A stretch of 64,000 bases of DNA. It comes from Chiloscyllium plagiosum (taxonomy: Eukaryota). The position numbers and the translations under genes were made by a program. The notes under the pieces were generated by a model that did no database searches, had not been told where the DNA came from, and saw only the letters and a program-made list of their open reading frames with translations. This document shows, in pieces, positions 52,535 to 64,000 of the stretch (position 1 is its first letter; the number at the start of each line of letters is the position of its first letter). Where the stretch lies: positions 2,251,750 to 2,315,749 of the forward strand of contig NC_057752.1 of NCBI RefSeq assembly GCF_004010195.1, read 5' to 3'.

Positions 52535-53892
52535 ACTGGCACCATTCCCCATCTTTTCCTCTGCTACATCGATGACTATTCCAGTGCCACCTTGTGTCCC
52601 CACGAGGAGGTTGAACAGTTCATCAACTTCATGAACACCTTCCAGCCTGACCTCCAAGTTCAGGACCATCTCGGACACCTCCCTCCCCTTCCTGGACCTC
52701 TCCATGTCCATCTCCAGCGACCGGCTCAACACAGACATCTACTTCAAACCCATCAACTCCCACAGCTACCTAGACTACATCTCCTCCCACCCTGGCTCCG
52801 CTGTAAAATCATTATCCCTCACTCCCACTTCCTCCGCCTCTGCTGTATCTGCTCCCAGGAGGAGCAATTCCACTCCAGAACATCACAGATGGCCTCCTAT
52901 TTCAAGGACCCCAATTTCTCCTCCCACGTGGACAACAATGCCTCCAGAACATCTCCTCTACTTCCCACACCTCTGCCCTTGAACCCCATCCCTCTAACCA
53001 CAACAAGGACAGAACTCCCCTGGTCCTCACCTTCCACCCCACTAATCTCTGGACACAGCGCATCATCCTCCACATTTCTACCATCTATAATCAAACCCCC
53101 ACCACCAGAGATATATTTCCCTCCCCACCCCTACCAGCATTCTGCAGAGACCATTGCCTCCATGACTCCCTTGTTAGGTCCACACTCCCCCCACCAACCC
53201 ACCCTCCACTCCCAGCACCTTAACTTGCCGCTGCAAGAGGTGTAAAACCTGTGCCTCCCTCACCTCCCCCCTCACCTCTGTCCAAGGCCCCAAAGGATCC
53301 TTTCACATCCGGCAGAGATTTTCCTGCACACCCAAACACCTCACCTATTGTATCCGTTGCTCTCGATGTGGTCTCCTCTATATTGGGGAGACAGGACGCC
53401 AACTCGCAGAGCATTTCAGGGAACATCTCCAGGACACACGCACCAAACAACCCCACCACCCTGTGGCCAACCACTTCAACTCCCCCTCCCACTCCACCAA
53501 GGACATGCAAGTCCTGGGCCTCCTCCACCACTAAATCCAAGCCACCTGATGCCTGGAGGAAGAACGCCTCATCTTTCACCCTGGGATCCTCCAACCACAC
53601 GGCATCAATGTCGATTTCACCAGTTTCCTTACTTCCCATCCCCCCACCTTATCCCATATCCAAACTTCTAGGCCAGCACCACCTTCTTGAACTGTCCTTC
53701 CTGTCAATCTTCCTTCCCACCTATCCGCTCCACCCTCCTCTGCGACCTATCATCACACATATTCCTGATGAAGGGCTTATGCTCGAAATGTCAACTCTCC
53801 TGCTTCTCGGATGCTGCCTGACCTGCTGTGCTTTTCCAGCGCCACACTTTTCGACTCTGATTTCCCCAGCATCTGCAGTCCTCACTTTCTCC
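52535..53892 (+). mobile_element. Penelope-like retroelement: RT C-terminus, Cys-rich linker, GIY-YIG, pLTR; frameshifted
   Basis: CYIDD, LPFLDL, DIYFKPINSHSYLDY, CKRCKTC, YCIRCSRCGLLYIGETG. Confidence 0.93.
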
Positions 53893-54699
53893 AAGTGGAT
53901 TCTGGGAATTCCATTGTAAACCAGTTGGATTATAACTGGATGAATTCTTTTCTCAATCAGAGTTCATTGCCTGAGATGATTACATTTAATGCTTAGCTCT
54001 CACCCAGGTGTTGTCCATGGGTCAGGAGATGTAGTTCATTCATTTTCCTGACAGGAAATAATCTTTAATGACAAGTTGACTCCATTTTAATGACTTTGGA
54101 ATTTGTGATATATGTTCATGCAAATATTCAGCCATCTCAGTAATTGCTGTTTCAGTCTCTTAAAGCTCCATTAGTGGTTGTCAGGCTGTAAGTACGTAGT
54201 CATTTTTTGATATAAAGCATGGTTTTAAGAAAATACTCTTAGTTAGGGGTCAAAACAATGTAAGCTATTATGAGGACAAGGGGAATCACAGTCATTGAGG
54301 AGCTGAATTATATCTGGTTAATGTTTTACAGATGTCAATAAATCCTAATATTGGTGGGGCCTAATAATTACTACTTCAGGTATAACAATATGTTACTGAT
54401 GCAGATGGTTTCGGAATAGAGTCTTAAAATTGTCAGTTACAGGTGTTGCAAACTTTGTTTTTCATCAGTTTGTAATTGGGATATTAGGCCCAGAAACTCA
54501 TTATCGTTGTAAGTCTTGCCATCCATATTGTGAGAATCAAGAAGTGGAATCGTCAAGAGATGTAAAAGAGTCCTTGCAGTCTGATGCTCGTTGTCCAAAC
54601 GACTCATTGGGGGTGAAATTGAGTAATGGCAGCAGTGCAGAAAGGGCTGATAGCCAATCAGGAAATGGCCATTGAAGCCACACAGATAAAAAATATATC

Positions 54700-54933
54700 A
54701 AATCCCTACAGTATGGAAGCAGGCTGTTCAGCCCATCAGACCCACACCAACCCCCTGAAGAGTATCCCACCCCCCCATCTCTACATTTCCTATGGCCAGT
54801 CCACTTGGCCTGCACATCTTTGGACTGTGTGATGAAACCGGAACACTCAGAGGAAACCCACACAGACACGGTGACAGATAGTCACCCGAGGGTGTAATTG
54901 AACCCAGGTCAATTGCTAACCACTGAGCCACCC
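54700..54933 (-). mobile_element. Diverged HE1 V-SINE
   Basis: CCTGCACATCTTTGGACTGTG...GAGGAAACCCACACAGACACGG. Confidence 0.8.
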
Positions 54934-56049
54934 TAAAATTTAGCTTGACATTCTACTAGCACATGTGGAGCCCATGCAGCTTATGAGTGGATCTTAATCC
55001 AGCACTTTAGACAGCTTGGTTGCGCAACATGTTTGATTCACCTTTTGCTGCTAAGCTGGATGACTAGGACAACTAGGGAGTATGGGTGTTATAATTGCGT
55101 TGAACATGGGAAGATTAGTCCCAGCTCCCACCCCTGTTTGCTTTCAAGGATCTGTAATGAGGGTGCTGGGAGTTGGTATTTATTTGGCAAGGAGACTGAG
55201 GGGCCATGGCTAGGTGGGGACAGAGGCCATTAAGTTGGCATTGAGAATATGAGGAGACAGGAGGGGTGGGGAGTGGAGTTGGGGGAGGACCTAACTGTTT
55301 CTCAAACAACTGGGAATCAAGGTGGAGCTTTTAAACAGCATTCGGGAGCCCCAGTGGCTAGCTGCACTGAGTTTCTGGGATCACCAAGTCTGACTGCATC
55401 CAATATTGAAACAACCCCCTGAGTGAAGTTGCATGAAGTTTTCTAACCCATGTTACCCTTGCTAATACAAATCCAGTCCTTGAAAAGTATTCAATAGCAT
55501 CCCTGCACTTCTGCCATCTTCCTCTACTCCTTAGAAACTTCTCTTGTTTCTCCTGAACACTCTGTCCTTCGTTCATTTAAAATCAAAACTCACTGCATCA
55601 TTTGGTATATACAGTATCTTTTGTGGAACTGTAAATGTCGCATTCATTTTGTCTCCCTGTCTGTCCTTCCTCCTGTAGTGTGCAGACCTTTAAGAAGAAG
55701 TTTTCCATTTCTTGGCTCCCAGTGCTGTGCCTTGCCCATGAAGGGCCTGAGCATCGCAAGTGGGAAATGCCCAATTCCTTGATAGATGCTTGCATTGGCA
55801 CAGTTCAGTGTCATGCCAAAATAATTGCTTCTTCGGAACCCAAACTTGACATCAAGTAACCAATGATCTTCATTCATTTATTCTTTTTCTCCCATTCTTT
55901 ATGACTTTCACGGTAGCCCATGCTATAATTCTGGTCCTTTACCTCCAGTTTTCAGTTGAAATCCGCATCCTTATTTTCTTGTATCAAAATGACACTGTAA
56001 GCTTTTAATTTGTGGGCTCATGCAAGAATACAAAGCAGGTAGACATAAT

Positions 56050-57030
56050 TAGAAAAAGGAGCAAAAGTGGCCATTCAGCCCACTGAATCTGCTGTGCCAT
56101 TCAAAGAGATCGTGGTTTATCTGATAATCCTCAATTTGACTCTCCTGCCTTTCCCCCATTACCCTTGATTCCCTTCCTGATTAAAAATGTCTACCTAAGC
56201 CTTGAATATACTTAACAACCCTCTGCGGTAAAGAATTCCACAGATTCACTATCCTCTGAGAGAAGACATTCCTCATCTTTGCCATAAATGTTTATTCTGA
56301 GAAGATGGTCCCAGACTCTCCCACAAGGGAGAACAACCTCTCCACATCTCCTCTGTCAAGTGCCTAAAGAATCTTAACAGAAATTGCTGGAGAAAATCAG
56401 CATACCTGGCATCATTTGTGGAGGGAAAGCAGAGTTACTCTTCTGAAGGGTCACTAGACCCAAAATGTGGACTTTGTCTCTCTTTCTTCACAGATGCTGT
56501 TAGACCTGCTGGGTTTCTCCAATAATTTCTGTTTTTGTTTCAGAACTTCTGCATCTGCCGTTTTTTGTTTTATACTCCTTAGAATATTGTAGGTTTCAAT
56601 GAGGTCACCTCTCATTCTCCTAGACTCCAATGAGTACAGGCCCAACCTACTCAGCCTCTCCTCATAAGACAGTCCCTCTGTACCTGGTATCAGTTGAGTG
56701 AACCTTCTCTGGACTGCCTCCAATGCCAGTCTATCTTTCTTTTGATCAGGGGCCCAGAACTGTTCACAGTGTTCAAGCTGTGATCTGACTAATGCCTTGT
56801 ATAGTTTTAGCAAAATATCCCAACCTTTACTCCATTCCCTTTGAAATAAAAACCAACATTCCATTTGCTTTCCCTATTAACCACTGAACCAGCTTTTTGT
56901 GATTCATGGACGAGGATTCTCAAATCCCCTGTTTTGTAGCTTTCTACAGTCTTTCTCCATTTTTAATAATATTCAGCTCCTCTATTCCTGACAAAGAGCA
57001 TAAGCTCATATTTCGTTATCTTCCATCTGC
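56050..57030 (-). mobile_element. CR1 3' fragment with a fold-back pLTR element inserted at ~56377-56570
   Basis: LYKALVRSQLEHCEQFWAP, GLSYEERLSRLGLYSLE. Confidence 0.85.
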
Positions 57031-57419
57031 AACCAAGGAGGTCATGCTAAACATTTCTAAACCGCTGCTTAGGCCCCACTTGTAGAGTTCTGTCCTATTA
57101 TGGGCACTAGGCTGTAGGACATACAGCAAGGCCTAGGCAGGGTGTAAGGAGATTTAGTTGGATGGTATCCAGGCTGTGGAGAGACTGGAGAATCTCGAAT
57201 CATCGGCCTGGGGCTTCTTGAGGGGTTATGCATAAGTAAATAAGGAGAAACTGTTTCCAGTGGCAGAAGGGTTGGTAACCAAAATGGGACACACCTTTTT
57301 TGTTTTTTTTATTCATTCATGGAATGCAGGTGTTGTTGGCTGGGCCCTGTTGCTCTGGAGAAGGTGGTGGTGCTGAGCTGCCTTCTTGAATCGCTGCAGT
57401 CCACCTTGTACTTGAACAT

Positions 57420-58200
57420 GGACTGCTTTAGTATCTGAGGAGTTGGGAATGGTGCTGAACACTGTGCAATCATCAGCGAACATCCCCACTTCTGACCTTA
57501 CAATGGAGGGAAGATCATTGATGAAGCAACTGAAGATGGTTGAGCCAAGGACACTGCCCTGAGGGACTCCTTAGATGACCAACCTCCAACAACCATAACC
57601 ATCCTCCTATGTGTCAGGTATGACTCCAACCACTGGAGAGTTTGCCCCACATATACCCATTGATTTCAGTTTTGCTCGGGCTCCTTGATGCCACACTCAG
57701 TCGAATGCAGCCTTGATGTCAAGGGCTGTCCCTCTCCCCTCCCCTCTGGAATTCAGCTCTTTTGGCCATGTTTGAGCCAGGGCTGTAATGAGGTCAGGAG
57801 CTGAGTGACCCTGGTGGAACCCAAACTGGGTGTCACTGAGCAGGTTATTGCTGAGCAGGTGCTGCTTGATAGCACTGTGGATGGCACCTTCCATCACTTT
57901 ACTGATGATCGAGAGTAGACTGATGCGGTGGTAATTGATCGGTTGGGCTTGTGTACCGGACATACCTGGGCAATTTCCCACATTGTCGGTTGGATGTCAG
58001 TGTTGTAACTGAACTGGACCAGCTTGGCTAGGGGAGCGGCAAGGTTGGGAGCACAAGCCTTCAGTACACTTGCTGGAATGTTGTCAGGGCCCTTAGCCCT
58101 TGCAGTATCCAGTGTCTCCAACTGTTTCTTGGTATCATGTGGAGTGAATCAGATTGGCTGAAGACTGGTATCTGTGATTTTGGGGACCACGGGAGGAGGC
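57420..58200 (-). mobile_element. LINE RT fragment (CR1/L2 superfamily, distinct family)
   Basis: KGPDNIP, NYHRISLLSIISKVME, QFGFHQGHS, ALDIKAAFD. Confidence 0.85.
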
Positions 58201-59117
58201 CTACATAAGGTAGAAGAATCAGCAACAAAGACAAGGAGTTGCTTTATGCAGTGGTGTTTCTGGTTTTTCTATGTTCAAATGACTTTGGAAGCTTTTAATT
58301 CCAGGGTGCACCGTGAGAATACAAAACAGGCAGACATAAGTGCGAACAGGTATTGGATGCAAATTCCATTGTAACATTCAAAAGGGAAACATTTGCTCGG
58401 TTATGGAGAAAGGCCAGGGGAGTGGAGCTGCCTGAGTTGCTCAGAGGATGGCAGGCAGAGTTACTCCTTCCTGCAGTGTAGCACTCCATGATTCTAAATC
58501 AAATAAATGGTGATTTTCAGATTTGAATGGTGCACATCAACTGACAGCTTGTGATACATTTTGAAGCCCTTTATTTGGATTAAGGCCTTACTATTGTATT
58601 TATTATCTTTGATAACACACTCCTCATCCTGCCTCCTCAAAGTAAAAGTATTTTAGCAACAAAACAGGAACATACTGTACAATCAGCACCACTCTTATTA
58701 TGCTGCTCATGTACTATTTGTTTTTTGGACATCTTTGCATCATACAGTTGCTAAAAATAAGCTGCCATGGCAACAGGACACAACACAGTGAGACAGCAGA
58801 AATGCTTCTCATATTAGTTCTTATTGATTGAGATAGAGGATGGATTATACAGGCAGGAGATCTACTTAAGATACAACATTTACCTCATTGTCAGTATTTT
58901 TCTTGTGGTCTTTGCTTTACAAGCTTCTGATCCTGTGCTTTAATTCCATCACCTCATTGCTATTTTTGTTGCTTTGTGAACTGTTGCGTCTCTTCAGTGT
59001 TTCACTGACCAATTCTGCATCGGAGTCAAAGATACACTTTCCCAAAATACAGCAGCTTATCTTTGTCACCTTGAGGGCTGCATTGTTCAAATTTGCTGCT
59101 TCAGATCTTAAACTGAA

Positions 59118-59326
59118 GTGTGTGTGTTTGTGTTTGTACCTCTCAGTGAGCTGTGTGTGTGTCTGTGTATGTGTATGTGTCTGACTGTGTGTGTCTGTGT
59201 CTGTGTGTGTGTCTGTGTCTCTCTGTGTGTGTTTGTGTGTGTTATGTGTCTGTGTGGGTGTGTGTGTGTGCCTGTGTCTCGCTGTGTGTGTTGTGTGTCT
59301 GTGTGGGTGTGTCTGTGTGTGTGTGT
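59118..59326. repeat. Degenerate (TG)n microsatellite
   Basis: Directly visible. Confidence 0.95.
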
Positions 59327-60459
59327 TGATTCATGGCTGATATTTCCAGCACCCTGATGTGTGAAACATGGTTTCTCAAGTAACATTGTGAAAGAAAGAC
59401 TTGTACGTGTCGAGTGCTTTTTCTAACCATACGATTTCTTAAAGCACTTTATAGCTGATGCAATACTGTCAAAGTCAAGTCATTGTAATGCAGGAAATGT
59501 GGCAACCAATTTTGTACACAATGAGCTCCCACAAACTGCGATTATTTTCTTTCTTCCTTCATGAGATGTGGGCATCACTGGCAAGGCCTAGTATTTATTG
59601 TTCACCCCGAATTGCCCATGAACTGAAGGACTTACTAAGCAATTTCAGAGGCCAGTTAAGAGTCATTGCTGTCAGGGCCAGTATTTATTGCCTATGTCTG
59701 ATTGTCCTCAAACTCAGAGCAGTTAACAGTTAGCCACTTCGCTGTGGGTCTGTAGTCACATGTAGGCCAAACCAGGGAAGGGTGGCAGGTTTTGCTCCCT
59801 AAAGGGGCATTAATGAACCAGATAGGTTTTTAGATTTTTATTGAATTTGTTTCATTGAATTTGTTTTATTGAATTAGTATGTGGCTCGGTGTTGATCACT
59901 ATGCACAATGCCTTTTGGGATACGTTAGTATGTTAAGGGTGTTATATAAATGTTAGTTGTTGGTTTAGACATTTTGGAATTGAAATAACAGGGCTGATTA
60001 AACATATCAGCACCAGATTAATGCAATCGGGTTTCTTTCTTAAAGCTGACAGTTAACTTTCATTGGAAGATGCAGTGAAAAATATTTGGTTTTATGTTTA
60101 ATTAGTTCATGCCTCACTTAGGGACACAGGTCCTGAAGGCAACTGCTGAAAGTCTTTTGGACAGAAGAATGGGAGAACAGATTTTCACTTAAATCAAGCA
60201 GAGTGGGAGCACATCCTTCCTCAAATGGGCTGCACATTTGGAAGGTCAATTAACACTTTTTTTCCAAAACCTGATCTTACTTCCTGGTATTGAAATTGAT
60301 TTGAAACCTTTTCGCATTCTGACATCGTTGGTCAAGAGATTTGGTCAGGCAGGGGATTTTTTTTTGAGAGCTTCAATAGTTTCCCAGCATCCCAGTGTGG
60401 TGGGTGGGATGCAGGCGCATACTTTGTTATTGCACTGCTATTGGCTGCCTGAGAGACGG

Positions 60460-60812
60460 TGCCCTCAACGTTAACCCATGCTGTGAAAGAGAGCTGGAGG
60501 CTCTGCGAGAGAAATGATTTTCCCAGCATGCCTTGTGGGCCAGAGGGTCTCCTGAGTGAGGTGTTTCTTCACCTCTCCATTCACACCCAGCCTATGTCTT
60601 ACTCACAACTGCTGCGGGGCCTTTCCATGTTCTATACAATATCGAATGCTCTGTTGGGAATTGACAGAAATGAGTATCTTGTGCCCTCTGGCAATGGCAA
60701 AACACGAAGTAGCCAACCACATGAGCTACAAAAACCATTTGTTTCTGACACAGTGCTTCAACAATCCTTCTTCCCAAAAACAATCCCACAATGGGACTAG
60801 CTGCCAGAACAG
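60460..60812 (+). mobile_element. Old LINE ORF2 C-terminal relic
   Basis: LSMFYTI...SFFPKTIPQWD resembles the SFFPRTxxxWN terminal motif. Confidence 0.5.
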
Positions 60813-60814
60813 TG

Positions 60815-61232
60815 AAGTGAGGGAACAGCGATATATTTCCAAGTCAGGATGGTGAGTGGCTTGGAGGTTGTGGGTTTCGAAGGTGCTGTCAAAGACCTTT
60901 AGTGAATTTCTGCAGTGCATCTTATAGATAGTACACACTGCTGCTACTGTGCATTGGTGGTGAGGGAAATGAATGTTGAAGGTGTTGGACATGGTAACAA
61001 TGAAGCAAGCAGCTTTGTCCTGGATGGTGGTGAGCTTCTTGAGTGTTGTTGGAGCTGCCCCCATCCAGGTAAGTGGGGAGTATTCCATCACACTCCTGAC
61101 TTGTGCCTTGTAGATGGTGGACAGGCTTTGGGAAGTGAGGAGGTGAGTTACTCGCTGCAGTATTCTTGGCCTCTGACCTGCTCTTGTCACCACTGTATTT
61201 ATATGGCTGGTCCAATTCAGTTTCCAGTCAAA
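60815..61232 (-). mobile_element. LINE ORF2 C-terminal fragment, likely same family as 57420-58200
   Basis: TIYKAQVRSVMEYSPLTW, KKLTTIQDKA. Confidence 0.8.
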
Positions 61233-61239
61233 GACAAAT

Positions 61240-61435
61240 TCCTGCAGATTCCAGAAATCAGAAACAAGCAGAGAATGCTGGAGAGACTCAATAGGTCTGG
61301 CAGCTTTTATAGAGAGAGAAACAAATTCAATGTTCTGAATCTGGTACGACTCTTCTTCAGAAACATTAACACTGTTTCTGCACAGAAGCTGCCAGACCTG
61401 CTGAGTTTCTCCAGCATTCTGTGCATTTGTTTTAG
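61240..61435. mobile_element. Fold-back pLTR-derived element
   Basis: CAGAGAATGCTGGAGAGACTCAATAGGTCTGGCAGC / GCTGCCAGACCTGCTGAGTTTCTCCAGCATTCTGTG. Confidence 0.75.
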
Positions 61436-62595
61436 TGTCTGGTCAGCTTCCTAGCTGCACTGTGGGTGTCCTGACACTGCATGGACTGCAGCCATCATGA
61501 CGGCAGCTCAAAGCTTCTCCAGGGGTAATTAGGGACAGGCAATAAATGCTGGCTTGTCCAGGTGATGCCATACCCCATGAAAGAATTTTTGAAAATACAC
61601 AGTTGCTAATAGAATACAGTGACAAGAGGCAAATAAATGGCAACAAGGAGAGACTAAGAAAGCAACAGCAGCATGCAGCAATTTCTCTGGGGAGAAAGTT
61701 CTCTGTGATACACAATCACAGTTGCTGCAATTGCAAGTCTGAAGCTTGTGCCCAAAATCAATATCATAAAGCAAAAAGCCTCCTGTGATTCTCTCTTTTT
61801 ATAAAGAAAATCACAGACACCATCTCTAAGTTCTCACAAGGAATGTACCTACTTCGCTTCATGGTTCTGACTGAGCCGATGGAGCTGGGGGTGTTGGTTC
61901 AGAATCTTTTGGAGGAAACACTGCACTGCAGATATACTGATGCAGAGGCAGTGGCTGACTCAGCACAATAGGGCAGGAGTATCCATTCAAAGCCACGTTC
62001 TCTGCTTTATTATGTTTATTTATGTTTTGCTGGGAGTTGGGAAGGGGGAGCGTTAGGGAAGAAATGCAGTATGGAAAAAGGAAAGGGGAATTTTTTTTAA
62101 AACAAAAGGCATGCACTCTGGTGAAAAATTAAGGATTAAGTGGACGTAACTGTGATGCAGAAAGCTTATTCAGCTCACTGCACAAGGAAAGTAATCAGTC
62201 ATCAAAGCGGGTTGAAAGTCAATATAAGGCTGAGCAGCCGAACAATTAAGTCAGCAGTCTGGGAGACAGCTATGAATCAAACATGTGGGAGAAGTCAAGC
62301 CCTGCATTGCAAACTCGAGTGCCATGTCTGTTAAGGAGGAGAGGCACTTAGTCACAAAAGACAAGAGCTCAGGTGACTACAGTGCAGAGATGATGCCAAC
62401 ACCGAGGCCCAACCCAGAGAGGAATGCTTAGGCGCTCTGCGATGTTTAGGACAATCATATTCTCCTGCTTCATGCTGGGGCACTGCTCCTATACAATGGC
62501 CTGCTCCTCCCTCTTCAGTCCTGACTCACTGCATCTCCTCCTCAGGCTGATACAGTGCAGCACTGCTGCAGTGCCATCTTTTACGTGAGGTGGAA

Positions 62596-62835
62596 AGACC
62601 ATCAGACATAAGAACAGAAGAAGGCCATTCAGCCCATCAAATCTGCACCACCATTCAATGAGATCGTGGCTGATCTGATGATCCTCAACTCCAATTTCCT
62701 GCTTTTCCCCCATAACCCTTGATTCCCTCATTGATTAAAAATCTATCTCAGCTTTGAATGTACTTAATGACCCAGGCTTGACAGCCCTCTGTGGTAAAGA
62801 ATTCCACAGATTCACTCCCCTCTGAGAGAAGAAAG
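62596..62835 (-). mobile_element. CR1 3' end
   Basis: Similar to 56050-56270 and 44420-44660. Confidence 0.8.
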
Positions 62836-63089
62836 GTGCTATATAAATGCAGTTTGATTGGCTTGTATTTTGATTTCCTAGCTGTGCTCAATCCTAAACT
62901 TGTTTCACAATGGATGCCAGTTTTTGCCAGTCTAGGATCAGTGAGACTGGTTTTACCAGCTTATTTACCCATCAAATACATCTTTAATATAATTTGCACA
63001 TATTAAAATGTATTTAATATCCCATTATCAGATTATAACAGAATATTCACTGTCCAATTAGTTTTCCTCTTGCTGTTCATGATGAAAGC

Positions 63090-64000
63090 CATTTACATCA
63101 ATGATTTGGATGAGAATATAGGAAGCATGGTGAGTAAGTCTGCGGACAACACCAAAATTGATGGCATAGCAGAAAGTGACAAAGGTTTCCTAAGATTACA
63201 AAGGCACCTTGATCAAATGGGTCAATGGGCTGAGAAATGGCAGATGGAGTTCAGTCTGGATAAATGTGAGGTATTGCATTTTGGTACAACTAACAAGGGT
63301 AGGGCTTATACAATTAATGGTAGGGCCTTGGGTAGTGTTGTAGAACAGAGGGACCTAGGGGTTCCGGTACATAATTCGTTGATGTTTGCCTCACATATCG
63401 ACAGGGTAGTAAAGAAGGTGTTTACCACGCCTGCCTTCATTCTGAGTATAGGAGTTGGGACGTGTTGTTGAGGTTGTACAGGACATTGGTGAGGCCTCTT
63501 CTGGAATACTGTGTCCAGTTCTGGTCGCCCTGTTATAGGAAGGATATTATTCAGCTGGAGTGGATTCAGAAGAGATTTACCAGGATGTTGCCAGATCTGG
63601 AAGGTTTGAGTTATAAAGAAAGGCTGGATAGGCTGGGACTTCTTTCACTGGAGCATAGGATGTTGAGAGGTGACCTTATAGAGGTTTATAAAATCATGAG
63701 GGGTATAGATAAGGTTAATGGTAGGTGTCTTTTCCCTAGGATGGGGGCTTTCAAGACTCGGGGCACATTTTTAAGGTGAGAGGAGAGAGATTTAAAAAAA
63801 TACTTTTTTTTTAAACAGAGGGTGGTTCACGTGTGGAATGGACTTCCTGAGGAAGTGGTGGATGTGTGGGCAATTGCAAAGTTTAAAAGGTATTTGGATA
63901 AGTTCATGAGTAGGAAAGGTTTGGAGGGATATGGGCCAGGAGCAGGCAGGTGGGAATAGTTTAGTTTGGGATTATGGACTGGTTGGACCGAAGGGTCTGT
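63090..64000 (+). mobile_element. CR1 RT C-terminus and 3'UTR
   Basis: YINDLDE, SKSADNTK, RPLLEYCVQFWSP; same family as 17715-18660. Confidence 0.93.

Noticed and set aside
26000..64000. A downstream neighbouring host gene
   Set aside because: No ORF with recognisable non-transposon protein features; small exons cannot be excluded by eye.

Overview
Vertebrate genomic DNA, almost certainly elasmobranch (HE1/V-SINEs, Deu-SINEs, CR1 LINEs, Penelope-like elements). The only recognisable host gene is the 3' end of a voltage-gated sodium channel alpha subunit, best matching SCN8A/Nav1.6 (+ strand). Visible parts are two domain III exons (5014-5298, 7433-7486), the terminal coding exon (22595-23754) and a ~2 kb 3'UTR. 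Three expected exons are absent and most likely lie in a 500-N gap next to a 4.3 kb 22-bp minisatellite. The rest is mostly nested, decayed retroelements. Main observations: (1) all three LTRs of one Gypsy family carry A-tailed insertions at the same TAAACAGGAG site, with 11 to ~90 bp duplications, suggesting a target-specific retroposon; (2) pore-loop residues (DIII WMEIM, DIV FQVTT) match positions linked to tetrodotoxin resistance in other vertebrates; (3) Penelope termini carry minimal hammerhead ribozyme cores and recur as short fold-back palindromes. All comparisons to known families are from recall; no database search was run. Repeat boundaries are approximate.
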